IMG/VR virus record: IMGVR_UViG_3300018065_000012
Reading direction: 5' to 3' (one strand)
Length of the DNA stretch: 46,881 nucleotides
Source of the DNA: a virus
Taxonomy: Duplodnaviria > Heunggongvirae > Uroviricota > Caudoviricetes
Below the pieces are notes generated by a model that saw nothing but the letters and a program-made list of their open reading frames with translations, did no database searches and was not told where the DNA came from. A program made the translations under genes and the position numbers. Shown here in pieces: positions 23,465 through 32,635 of the stretch (position 1 is the stretch's first letter; the number at the start of each line of letters is the position of its first letter).

Positions 23465-24229
23465 ATGACAAAGACAGTGCTTCCAGCGCATAGCATTGAA
23501 GTGGCGCTGAACGAAAAACTGTTGAAGGATTTGGAAATCGAATCCAATTCCTCAAACCCGACGTATCAGGTGGACATCAATTCTGGTATCGTTAGTAGTG
23601 AAGATGGAACTGTTGTGGTGGAGGTAACTTCACCAATTACAGTAGACATTACTGCTTCAGGAGTTAATGGACTCGATACGGGTTCAGAGGCAGTTTCAAC
23701 ATGGTATTATCTCTATATCATTTACAACTTGACAAGCGACACGGTTGCAGGACTTTTTTCGACAAGCGCAAGTTCGCCAACAATGCCGAGTGGGTACACA
23801 AAAAAGCGTTTGGTCAGTGCTATCTATAATCAATCTGGTGGTGATTTTTTGACCTTCAGACAAGATGATAACGAGTTTTATCTGCTTGGCTATCAAAGCA
23901 TCTTGTCTGGTGGAAGTGCTACCTCTTGGACTGCTGTAACGATGGGCAATTATGTTCCGAGCAATATTTGTCGCACGGTTAAACTCTCTTTGGTTTCCAC
24001 TTGGGGGGGGGCTGATGGCGGGTCAAAGGCTGCTTACCTTGGATGGAAAACAGGAACGATTTGGATGTCGTCTCGCTATCGTTACAGTTCCGGTGGTGAC
24101 TTGTATCGTAACTCGCATACATTTGATTTGCCATTAGACACAAAATCGCCACCGACGCTTTGGTATTATCAATCGTCATCAGTGTCAAGCCTCGCTTTGC
24201 TTGTTAATGGATGCAGACTGGATATATAA
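23465..24229 (+). CDS. Tandem paralog 3 of 6
   Basis: Same motif set; stop TAA overlaps the next start (TAATG). Confidence 0.6.
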   Translation: MTKTVLPAHSIEVALNEKLLKDLEIESNSSNPTYQVDINSGIVSSEDGTVVVEVTSPITVDITASGVNGLDTGSEAVSTWYYLYIIYNLTSDTVAGLFSTSASSPTMPSGYTKKRLVSAIYNQSGGDFLTFRQDDNEFYLLGYQSILSGGSATSWTAVTMGNYVPSNICRTVKLSLVSTWGGADGGSKAAYLGWKTGTIWMSSRYRYSSGGDLYRNSHTFDLPLDTKSPPTLWYYQSSSVSSLALLVNGCRLDI

Positions 24230-24987
24230 TGCCTGAAACTGAAATCAAAGCTGGACGCATTGACCCGTTGTTGACCAAGACGATGATACAGAGTCTTGAG
24301 ATACGTTGCAATTTTACGGACTTCGTTTACATTGACGCTGGCGTTGTCGGTTCAGATGACGGTGAGGAAATTATGGAAGTCACGGCCACTCTTTCTGTGG
24401 ATATTGACACGAACGGAGCGAACGGGCTGGACACAGGTTCACCAGCAGACAATACGTGGTATTATGTCTACGTCATAAGCAATTACACAACGGTTGCGGG
24501 TTTGCTTTCGACAAGTGCTTCTGCTCCGACAATGCCAAGTGGATATGTGAAGAAAAAAGCAGTAAGCAAATTGCGTCGTGGTACTGGCGCTTTTTACTTT
24601 GTAAGACAGTATAATGATTACGTGAAATATGCAAATAGGCTCAATGTCCTTACGAATGGAAGTGCGACATCTCGAACTCAAATCAGTCTGTCGAATTATG
24701 TTCCAGATGAAGCATACAGTGCCGACATCAATTGGAGATTCGAGCCTGATGGTACAAACATTCAAGCAAGCAGAGTGGGTTATGTTGAAGCCTTGAGTGG
24801 TTCGGCTCATCAGTGGTGTTACATGGGAATTGATGAGACGGCAAGCACAGTTTATCATTATCGCCAGTTTTGTCATATTGAATTACCGATGTATTATACC
24901 AGCCCAACAAGACTTTATTACTATCAAAGTGGTAGCGATGCTGATACTTCGCTTTGGGTTCAGGGATACAGATTGAAAGGGCTTTAG
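24229..24987 (+). CDS. Tandem paralog 4 of 6 (divergent)
   Basis: Retains GLDTGS...TWYY(V/L)Y...SAPTMPSGY(V/T)KK and C-terminal QGYRLKGL. The ORF track starts at 24211; the ATG at 24229 (TAATG junction) is preferred. Confidence 0.55.
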   Translation: MPETEIKAGRIDPLLTKTMIQSLEIRCNFTDFVYIDAGVVGSDDGEEIMEVTATLSVDIDTNGANGLDTGSPADNTWYYVYVISNYTTVAGLLSTSASAPTMPSGYVKKKAVSKLRRGTGAFYFVRQYNDYVKYANRLNVLTNGSATSRTQISLSNYVPDEAYSADINWRFEPDGTNIQASRVGYVEALSGSAHQWCYMGIDETASTVYHYRQFCHIELPMYYTSPTRLYYYQSGSDADTSLWVQGYRLKGL

Positions 24988-24991
24988 AGCA

Positions 24992-25744
24992 ATGGCTGAA
25001 ACAGTCGTACTTACAGAACGCATTCAGTCTGCATTGCTGAAGAAGGTAAATGGTCTTCGTGTCAGAGGAACAAGCGATACGGTTATAGCTATTGATTCGG
25101 GCGTTGTTGGTAGTGACGATGGTGACGTATGTATGGAAGTCACGTCCACAATTTCAGTGGATATTACGAATTCAGGTGCTAATGGATTGGATACGGGTGC
25201 GGCTGCGGCAAACACGTGGTATTACCTATTTTTGATTTATAATCCAACGACAGATACGGTTGCTGGATTGCTTTCAACGAGTCAAAGTTCGCCAACGATG
25301 CCTTTAGGATATACAAAGAAACGATGGATAAGTGCAGTGCGTCGAACCACTGTGTTGTTTCGATATACACAATGGAATGAAGAAATTTTGTTTGCTTACT
25401 ATATAGGCGTATTGAGCAATGGGAGTTCTACAAGCCGCACTCAAATCAGTTGCTCAAATTATGTTCCTGATGCTCATGCTTCTGCTTTTCTGGTTTTTGC
25501 AAATGCTACTTCATCAAATTTCCACGGAAGAGATATATGTACGATAGAGGAAGAAAGCGGCACCACGTACATGAGATTGTTCGCTGACTATGACGATGTT
25601 CCAACGCCGTTAAGTTTTATGAACCGAAACACTTGTAGCTGTTGGTTTCCAAACTATTATTCAACAGCCCGTGTGTACTATTACGTGAGTCATTCGCAAC
25701 AAGATTTAGACATTCTTATTCAAGGTTTCCAGTTGAGGTTATAA
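24992..25744 (+). CDS. Tandem paralog 5 of 6 (divergent)
   Basis: GANGLDTGAAAANTWYYLFLIYNPTTDT...SSPTMPLGYTKKR, C-terminal QGFQLRL. Confidence 0.55.
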   Translation: MAETVVLTERIQSALLKKVNGLRVRGTSDTVIAIDSGVVGSDDGDVCMEVTSTISVDITNSGANGLDTGAAAANTWYYLFLIYNPTTDTVAGLLSTSQSSPTMPLGYTKKRWISAVRRTTVLFRYTQWNEEILFAYYIGVLSNGSSTSRTQISCSNYVPDAHASAFLVFANATSSNFHGRDICTIEEESGTTYMRLFADYDDVPTPLSFMNRNTCSCWFPNYYSTARVYYYVSHSQQDLDILIQGFQLRL

Positions 25745-26499
25745 TGGCAGAGTTGGCCGTTGACATCAAGCGAATCAAGCAACTTCTGACAAAGAAGAAG
25801 TTGGACAATCTTGGAATCCAGTACAACAGTGCCAATGTTGTTCGGATTACAGATGGCGTTGTTGGAACTGATGATGGTGATGCTATCATGGAAGTCGGTT
25901 CTAACATCGACGTGGATATTTCAACGACTGGAGCAAACGCACTGGATACGGGTACGGTCAGCAATGATACTTGGTATTATCTCTTTCTCATTTTGAACCC
26001 GACGAATGGAACTGTTGCTGGATTGTTTTCATTGAGTGATACTGCCCCTACAATGCCTTCAGGATATACGAAGAAGCGACTTGTTAGTGTTCTTCGATAT
26101 TTCACAGCATCGTTTTCAAATTTCAGGCAATACAATTTTAGGGTGTACTATCCTCAAAATTATACCATCCTTTCTGGTGGGGGAAGCACGAGTCGGGTTC
26201 AACTAAACATAAGCAATTATGCGCCGAATGACTATACTCATTCTGCTCGACTTTTATTTATGGCGAACTGGAATAATGCTTTTGGAAACAGTGTAGTTTA
26301 TCTCGAAGCATTAAGTGGAAGCACCTATCATTACACAAGGGCTGGACTTTTTTCTGGTTCGTGGTGGTATAGATTCAGACAGACAAACGAAGCGGATGTA
26401 GGAATGATGTATGACAATCCCGTGCGTGTTTACTATTACACGGGCGATGCACAATGCCGATGCTCGATTTATGTCAAGGGCTACACGTTGAGATTATAA
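25744..26499 (+). CDS. Tandem paralog 6 of 6 (divergent)
   Basis: Starts at ATG 25744 (TAATG junction; the ORF-track frame opens at 25642). GANALDTGTVSNDTWYYLFLILNPTNGT...APTMPSGYTKKRL, C-terminal KGYTLRL. Confidence 0.55.
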   Translation: MAELAVDIKRIKQLLTKKKLDNLGIQYNSANVVRITDGVVGTDDGDAIMEVGSNIDVDISTTGANALDTGTVSNDTWYYLFLILNPTNGTVAGLFSLSDTAPTMPSGYTKKRLVSVLRYFTASFSNFRQYNFRVYYPQNYTILSGGGSTSRVQLNISNYAPNDYTHSARLLFMANWNNAFGNSVVYLEALSGSTYHYTRAGLFSGSWWYRFRQTNEADVGMMYDNPVRVYYYTGDAQCRCSIYVKGYTLRL

Positions 26500-26536
26500 C
26501 GTTTAGTAGAAGATACTCGAAAAGGAGAGAATAACA

Positions 26537-26752
26537 ATGGCACAGTGGTATGCACGGTACAATCAACTCGACAGTGACAAGGTGGAAGAAGCGGGATTTG
26601 TCGAGCAGTCGGAGCGTGATCGTTGGAGTGCTATGTCGGGCATGTCGGCTTGTGGTGGTTTCGATGATGAAATTCCGAACGACTTGATGGACATTGACGG
26701 CAACCCGAACTATTACTACAACACAGGCACGGGCGAAATTGTTCACCTGTAA
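26537..26752 (+). CDS. small acidic hypothetical protein (71 aa)
   Basis: AAAGGAGAG SD then ATG 26537. Confidence 0.5.
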   Translation: MAQWYARYNQLDSDKVEEAGFVEQSERDRWSAMSGMSACGGFDDEIPNDLMDIDGNPNYYYNTGTGEIVHL

Positions 26753-26819
26753 GTGTTGTGGGTTCTGAAAGGTTCTTGTCTGAAAGTCTATTCTTACGGC
26801 TGAGAAGTATGGAGAAGCA

Positions 26820-28055
26820 ATGCCGCATCTTTTGACTCAAGCCCAACAGAAGGAACAGGTGGCAGACCTTTCCTTGTATGTTGACCCTTCTGCATCGACC
26901 ATGACGGGGACAAATACTTCTGCTGTTACCAAGAAGTTGATTGACAGTGGCGGGGGTTTTTCGTCTTTGAAACCCCGTCAAGTAGTCGTCAATACCACTG
27001 ACCATACTGCTACAATTATTGATTACGTAGAAGATGACACGACACTCGTTTTGAAGAATCACATCTTTACCGCGACTTCAAAAGGCTATTCTATCGACAA
27101 CAATGCAGGAACTTCGGGTGACAAATTTAAGTATCCTCAATCAGCAATGGAAGCAGTACCAGAGACAATTGGCTTCTATCTTCATGTGTATCTTGCCGAT
27201 GGGACGTATAGCGAAATCGGAACAAGTGACATAGTGCTTGGTCGTGCAACAGTTTCAGATGCGTTTCTTTACATCAACAAAAAGATGGCGGCTGGTGGAC
27301 GTATTATAATCGAAGGCAACACGACGACTCCAGCCAACGTGCATTTTAACGGAACAACTCCATCTGCTGCTGCTGGTGTTTTAATTCAGAATGCTCAGAA
27401 AGTAGAAGTTGGAGGGTTGAAGGTATCCAACTGTACCTATGGGATTACTGCTGAAGAAAATTCATCTTTCAGGCTTTATGATGTTATTGCGACTGATTGT
27501 ACTTATGGAATTTCTTTGTTTGATGATTCGGATGGACAAGGTTGGCGGTTGATTTCTGGTCAAAGTGGGACAGGCAACACTTATGGCGTTTATATGGAGC
27601 GTGGATATTTCTACGTTTCCGATGAATCTGTTGGGTCAAGTTCATCCTCTTTGCGCTACAATGGATACAATATCTATCTAAAGACTTCGAGAATCAAAGT
27701 TATTGGAAATGCTACTGCCAATGTAAATCTTTCGGACTCGACAAATCAAGGCGTCTTTGCTACTGAAGGAAGTTCGCTTGAATTTGACCGCATTACAGTC
27801 GATAGTGCAGGGGCAGCGGGAATAGAGATAACATTTGAGAGCAGTGGAAGTGTAGCCAATTCTACTATCTCAAACAATACGGCTCAAGGAATTTTAGCGT
27901 TTAATAATTCCGTGATATACTCAGATACCAATACGGGTGCTGGAAGCACTTATGGTTTATCTGCTCAGAATGGTTCGGTAATCTCTAAGAATAGTACACA
28001 GCCTACGGGTACTGTAAGCAATGAACAAACGGTAAATGGTGGAGCGATTTACTAA
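26820..28055 (+). CDS. Tandem paralog 1 of 3: putative tailspike/depolymerase-like protein with right-handed beta-helix (pectate-lyase-like) repeats
   Basis: Conserved N-terminus (ADLSLYVD...TMTGTNTS...LKP.QVVVNT.D.TAT(I/V)(I/V)DY) followed by repeated (V/I)xNCTxGIxxxEN / NTYGxxxE beta-helix-like motifs; 411 aa. Confidence 0.55.
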   Translation: MPHLLTQAQQKEQVADLSLYVDPSASTMTGTNTSAVTKKLIDSGGGFSSLKPRQVVVNTTDHTATIIDYVEDDTTLVLKNHIFTATSKGYSIDNNAGTSGDKFKYPQSAMEAVPETIGFYLHVYLADGTYSEIGTSDIVLGRATVSDAFLYINKKMAAGGRIIIEGNTTTPANVHFNGTTPSAAAGVLIQNAQKVEVGGLKVSNCTYGITAEENSSFRLYDVIATDCTYGISLFDDSDGQGWRLISGQSGTGNTYGVYMERGYFYVSDESVGSSSSSLRYNGYNIYLKTSRIKVIGNATANVNLSDSTNQGVFATEGSSLEFDRITVDSAGAAGIEITFESSGSVANSTISNNTAQGILAFNNSVIYSDTNTGAGSTYGLSAQNGSVISKNSTQPTGTVSNEQTVNGGAIY

Positions 28056-28075
28056 ATAGGTGCAGGAGTTAGCGA

Positions 28076-29311
28076 ATGCCCCTTTTGACTCAAAACCAGA
28101 AAAAAGCGCAAGTTGCAGACCTGAGTTTGTATGTTGATAATTCTCAGTCCACAATGACAGGAACGAATACATCCGTTGTTTCCAATAAACTGATTGATTC
28201 GAGTGCAGATTTCTCGACGTTGAAACCGCATCAGGTAGTAGTGAACACAAGCGACCATACAGCGACAATCATTGACTATGTTGAAAACGATACTACAATA
28301 GTTCTGAAAGAGAATATTTTTACGGCGACTCCAAAGGGCTATTCCGTTGACAATCACACAGGTGCTTCAAGCGACAAATTCAAATATCCGCAATCGACAA
28401 TGGAATCTGTTCCTGCAAATATTGACTTTTATCTACACGTCTATATTGCTGACGGGACATACAGTGAGATTTCGGCAAGTGATATAGATACTATTCGTGG
28501 TAGCTTTGGAAAGGCTTTTCTTTTCATCAACAAAAGAATGAACGCTGGTGGGCGTATTGTTGTTGAAGGTAATACGACCACTCCCGCCAATGTTCTTTTC
28601 AATGGTACAACTCCATCGGCTGCTGTTGGTGTTCTTGTTCAAGATACTCAGAAGGTTGAAGTGAAAGGATTGAAAGTAACGAATTGTACGCATGGGATTG
28701 GTGTTGTCGAGAATTCTTTCTTGACTGTTTCCGATACCATTACAAACAGCAACAATAATGGGTTTACGGTCTATATGTACTCGTATGTTTTAGCCTCTCG
28801 GATAATTTCTGGCGAAAGTGGCGTTAAGAACACTTATGGTATATTGATGGAGTCGAGTACCTTCAATATTGACGATTCAGGTTCGGGAGCAAACTCGTCG
28901 TCGTTGCGTTACAACACTGACAACATCAATGCGTATTCTTCGACAGTCGCAGTTACAGGCAATGCTACCGCTAACGTTAATTTGTCCGATTCTACAAATT
29001 GGGGCGTCATTTTAAGAACATGCAATACAGCGATTCTTGACCGTGTTATTATTGACAGTGCGAGTTCTGGTGGGGCAATTCAAGTCAATTACGAAGGCAA
29101 TTTGAGTATCAGCAATTCTGTTATCTCAAACAATTCAACGAGAGGAATTACAGCTTATAGTAATTCCTTCGTATACTCAAGCAACAATACTGGTGCGGGT
29201 CAATCGTATGGTTTGGTTGCTCAACATGGTTCGGTTATTTTGAAGAACGGTACACAACCCACAGGAACAACGTCAAATGAACAAACATCAACAGGTGGAG
29301 CGATTTATTAA
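28076..29311 (+). CDS. Tandem paralog 2 of 3 (beta-helix tailspike-like)
   Basis: Same architecture; AGGAG SD. Confidence 0.55.
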   Translation: MPLLTQNQKKAQVADLSLYVDNSQSTMTGTNTSVVSNKLIDSSADFSTLKPHQVVVNTSDHTATIIDYVENDTTIVLKENIFTATPKGYSVDNHTGASSDKFKYPQSTMESVPANIDFYLHVYIADGTYSEISASDIDTIRGSFGKAFLFINKRMNAGGRIVVEGNTTTPANVLFNGTTPSAAVGVLVQDTQKVEVKGLKVTNCTHGIGVVENSFLTVSDTITNSNNNGFTVYMYSYVLASRIISGESGVKNTYGILMESSTFNIDDSGSGANSSSLRYNTDNINAYSSTVAVTGNATANVNLSDSTNWGVILRTCNTAILDRVIIDSASSGGAIQVNYEGNLSISNSVISNNSTRGITAYSNSFVYSSNNTGAGQSYGLVAQHGSVILKNGTQPTGTTSNEQTSTGGAIY

Positions 29312-29330
29312 GAAGGTGTAGGAGTCAGAA

Positions 29331-30569
29331 ATGCAGCATCTTTTAGTCAGAGCGCAACAGAAGGAAAAAGTCACAAGCCTTGACCTTTACGTTGATGCTT
29401 CTCAAACAACGACGACAGGAACCAACACATCTGTTGTTAGTGGAAAGCTGGTTGATTCCACCGCAGATTTTCGGTCTTTGAAACCGCATCAAGTGGTTGT
29501 CAACACAACTGATGGTACGGCTACGGTTGTCGACTATGCGGAAAACAGAACAACGTTGGTTTTGAAGAACCACATTTTCACAGCAACAAGCAAAGCATAT
29601 AGTATTGATGACCATACAGGTTCTTCAAGCGACAAATTCAAGTATCCTCAATCAGCTTTAGAAGCGATGCCTTCAACAATTGGTATTATTTCTCGTGTCT
29701 ATATTGCTGACGGTACATATAATGTGATGGGAACAACTGATGTAATTTGTAATCGTGGCGATGTTACAAAAGCTATCCTTTACGTCAACAAAAGTTTTAC
29801 TGCTGGTGGTCGTATAGACATTATAGGCAATGTATCAACTCCGGCGAATGTTGCTTTTAATGGTACAACTCCTTCTTCGAATGCTGGTGTATTCGTTCAA
29901 GGCAGTCAGAAAATAGAAGTTGAAGGAATCAAGGTAACGAATTGTGTGCATGGGATTACTGCTCAAGAAAAATCATCGGTAGAGGTTTTCGATACGATTA
30001 CAAATAGCAACACTTATGGGTTGTCTGTTTTTTCTCAATCGGTTATGGATTGTTTTAGGGTAATTTCTGGCGAGAGTGGTGCGGGAAATTCTTATGGCGC
30101 ATACCTCGAAGACAGCAATTGTTACATTGCAGATTCAGCTTCAGGAGCAAATTCGTCTTCGCTTCGTTATAATACGACAAACAATATCTATGCGGTGTTT
30201 TCAAGATTGAGGGCGTTGGGCAATGTTACTGCCAATGTGAACTTGTCCAATGCTACGGGATGGGGAGTAATTGCAAGCAGAGGCAGCACGGTAGATTTTG
30301 ACTATGTAACGATTGACAGTTCGGGTGCAGGGGGTTTTCAGGCTACATATGAGAGCAATGCCAGTTTAAGGGATTCCGTTGTTTCAAATAATACCACTTG
30401 GGGCATTTCAGCCGACCTTAATTCGTATGTGAACTCCCGTGATATGAGTGGTGCTGGAAATGATTATGGTTTGGTTTCTGAACTTGGCTCCGTTGTTCAG
30501 AAAGTCGGTACACAGCCCACAGGAGTATCAGGAAACGAATTGACAGCTACGGGCGGTACGATTATCTAA
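29331..30569 (+). CDS. Tandem paralog 3 of 3 (beta-helix tailspike-like)
   Basis: Same architecture; AGGAG SD. Confidence 0.55.
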   Translation: MQHLLVRAQQKEKVTSLDLYVDASQTTTTGTNTSVVSGKLVDSTADFRSLKPHQVVVNTTDGTATVVDYAENRTTLVLKNHIFTATSKAYSIDDHTGSSSDKFKYPQSALEAMPSTIGIISRVYIADGTYNVMGTTDVICNRGDVTKAILYVNKSFTAGGRIDIIGNVSTPANVAFNGTTPSSNAGVFVQGSQKIEVEGIKVTNCVHGITAQEKSSVEVFDTITNSNTYGLSVFSQSVMDCFRVISGESGAGNSYGAYLEDSNCYIADSASGANSSSLRYNTTNNIYAVFSRLRALGNVTANVNLSNATGWGVIASRGSTVDFDYVTIDSSGAGGFQATYESNASLRDSVVSNNTTWGISADLNSYVNSRDMSGAGNDYGLVSELGSVVQKVGTQPTGVSGNELTATGGTII

Positions 30570-30578
30570 GGAGAGAGT

Positions 30579-30872
30579 GTGGGGAAATTTATTCGCAAAA
30601 AAGCAGATGATGTTCTTATTACTCAGTTCCTTGGGACGTTGGATAATGAAGGGACGATGTTTGCCGATGGGTACTTGCAGGAATCAGGTGGTGGCAATAT
30701 GTTGCTTTCGAGTTTTCCAGCCAGTGCGACATGGAATGCAACGCAAGAAATCATTGACATTGGGGATACGAGCTACATTGACAATAATGGCGGTTGGGAT
30801 GATGGGAAATTCATTTACGACGGTTCATGGAGTCTGAATCCCAGTTACGTTCCTGAACCAGAAGATGAATAA
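30579..30872 (+). CDS. hypothetical protein (97 aa, GTG start)
   Basis: AAGGAGAGAG SD immediately upstream; Gly/Asp-rich. Confidence 0.45.
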   Translation: MGKFIRKKADDVLITQFLGTLDNEGTMFADGYLQESGGGNMLLSSFPASATWNATQEIIDIGDTSYIDNNGGWDDGKFIYDGSWSLNPSYVPEPEDE

Positions 30873-30877
30873 GATGA

Positions 30878-31063
30878 ATGCAAGTGATAAAGGCGATAAG
30901 AAAAAGAAAAATTTGCGCACAATGTTTGAAGATTCTTAATCCTCATTCCATACAATATTTTGTGGAGAAAGGATGCATCTGCGACGGGTGTTACAAACTG
31001 AATAAGTGGAAAGAAGAAAACCCAACGTCTTTAATACTTCCCTATTGCGGAAGGAGAATATGA
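30878..31063 (+). CDS. small Cys-rich (zinc-ribbon-like) protein (61 aa)
   Basis: CAQC...CICDGC...C pattern. The 3' end contains the GGAAGGAG RBS of the next gene. Confidence 0.4.
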   Translation: MQVIKAIRKRKICAQCLKILNPHSIQYFVEKGCICDGCYKLNKWKEENPTSLILPYCGRRI

Positions 31064-32521
31064 ATGAGCAGTAGAACACAACAGCGTGAAAAAAAGCGAA
31101 GGGAAAAACGGCAAAGGAAAAAAGAGAAAGATAGAGTTCAACAAACTGTTTCCCCAATGCCTCCAGAACAAAGAATAAGGCGACTGCCATACATTGTTCT
31201 CAAGTTGCTTACAGGCGCTAACATTGCTGAAAACTACAAGCTGAATAAAGATGCAGTTGCTATCATTTGGGACAACGATACTGATCATATCAGTAGTGAA
31301 GATTTCAAGATTGCTCAGAAAATAGCTGACGAACTTTTCAAGGAGCAAGTAAAAGAAAAAAGCTTGATGCCTACTATCAATACGCTTCCAGTTGGAATGA
31401 TGCTCCATAGGCTTGCTACGCAAAAAATCGAGCGTATGGTGCGGAACGAAACAGAAGGCAAAAAGAAAATCCTGTTTATCAAAGACAGAAGCGGATGTGG
31501 CTACTGGAGAATGTTAGTTCCTTCGCGTTACATGGATGCAGAAAACCTGTATATCGACATCACTGAATCGGAATTGGTCTTTGACTTTCTTTTGGAATAC
31601 GATACAATCGTCATTCAGCGTCTTTGCAATTGGCGTGAATATTACATCATTGAAAGACTGAAGCGGCACGGCAAGCGTATTGTTTACGACATTGATGATG
31701 ATATTTTTGACGTGCCTGTGGATAATCCCGCTGCTCGCTACGTGAAAAAAGATCAACACAAAGCGGCTTACGGAATTATGCGGCTTTGTGATGCGGTGAC
31801 GACAACCAGTGAGATTTTGAAAGAGCGTTTGAAGTGCCCTGAAACAACGGTTGTTATTCCAAACGCGATTGATCTTGAAGACGGTTACCCCGCGAAGTAT
31901 CGTCAAAGTGAAGACGGTATCAAACGTATTGTTTGGATGGGCGGTGGAAGTCATAGCAAGGATTGGCTTGAATGTTTTGAAGCTGTGGACAAGATTCTTC
32001 AAGAGCGCGAAGATGTTCGGCTTGTAATTTACGGGGATATACCACGGGCCTTGAGAGCAGCCCTTGCTACTGATGATAAACCATGGTTTACGAAAAGAAT
32101 TGAATTTGTACCGTTTCAAGCAGTTGAGACATATGTGGAATTGACAAAGGAAACAACGGCTGATTGCGCATTGGCTCCGTTATCCAATGAAAGTTTCAAC
32201 GCCGCAAAGAGTAATATCAAATGGTTGGAATACACGGCAATGGGGGTTCCAACTGTAGCCAGCAATGTAAGCCCGTACAAAGAACATATTGACAGCGGCA
32301 GAAACGGTGTCTTGGTTTCAAACACGGATGAATGGTATCGGGCAATTACAGCGTTTCTGGATGACCCAGAACTTTGTGCTAATGTTGTTGATGAAGCAGT
32401 GAAATCAGTTGACGAGCGTTTTGACGTAAAGAAAATTGTGCATGATTGGGAAGAAGTAATTTTGGGCCATGAGATGTATTCAGAAGAAAATCAACCACAG
32501 CTTGTAAACATCGAGACATGA
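31064..32521 (+). CDS. GT-B fold glycosyltransferase with a highly basic N-terminus
   Basis: C-terminal SNIKWLEYTAMGVPTVAS...GRNGVLV resembles the GT1/GT4 donor-binding domain. N-terminal KKRREKRQRKKEK. Confidence 0.55.
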   Translation: MSSRTQQREKKRREKRQRKKEKDRVQQTVSPMPPEQRIRRLPYIVLKLLTGANIAENYKLNKDAVAIIWDNDTDHISSEDFKIAQKIADELFKEQVKEKSLMPTINTLPVGMMLHRLATQKIERMVRNETEGKKKILFIKDRSGCGYWRMLVPSRYMDAENLYIDITESELVFDFLLEYDTIVIQRLCNWREYYIIERLKRHGKRIVYDIDDDIFDVPVDNPAARYVKKDQHKAAYGIMRLCDAVTTTSEILKERLKCPETTVVIPNAIDLEDGYPAKYRQSEDGIKRIVWMGGGSHSKDWLECFEAVDKILQEREDVRLVIYGDIPRALRAALATDDKPWFTKRIEFVPFQAVETYVELTKETTADCALAPLSNESFNAAKSNIKWLEYTAMGVPTVASNVSPYKEHIDSGRNGVLVSNTDEWYRAITAFLDDPELCANVVDEAVKSVDERFDVKKIVHDWEEVILGHEMYSEENQPQLVNIET

Positions 32522-32534
32522 AAAGGAGAAAACT

Positions 32535-32633
32535 ATGGTACAGCAAGCAAAAAAATTGATCACGAAATACAAAAAGTCACTCTCGCTAAAACGTGACAGG
32601 ATTGTTAAAAGAAAGCCAAAACCACAGGCATAA
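32535..32633 (+). CDS. tiny basic ORF (32 aa)
   Basis: AAAGGAGAAAACT then ATG. Fills the gap exactly; the stop lies 2 nt before the next ATG. Confidence 0.3.
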   Translation: MVQQAKKLITKYKKSLSLKRDRIVKRKPKPQA

Positions 32634-32635
32634 TT

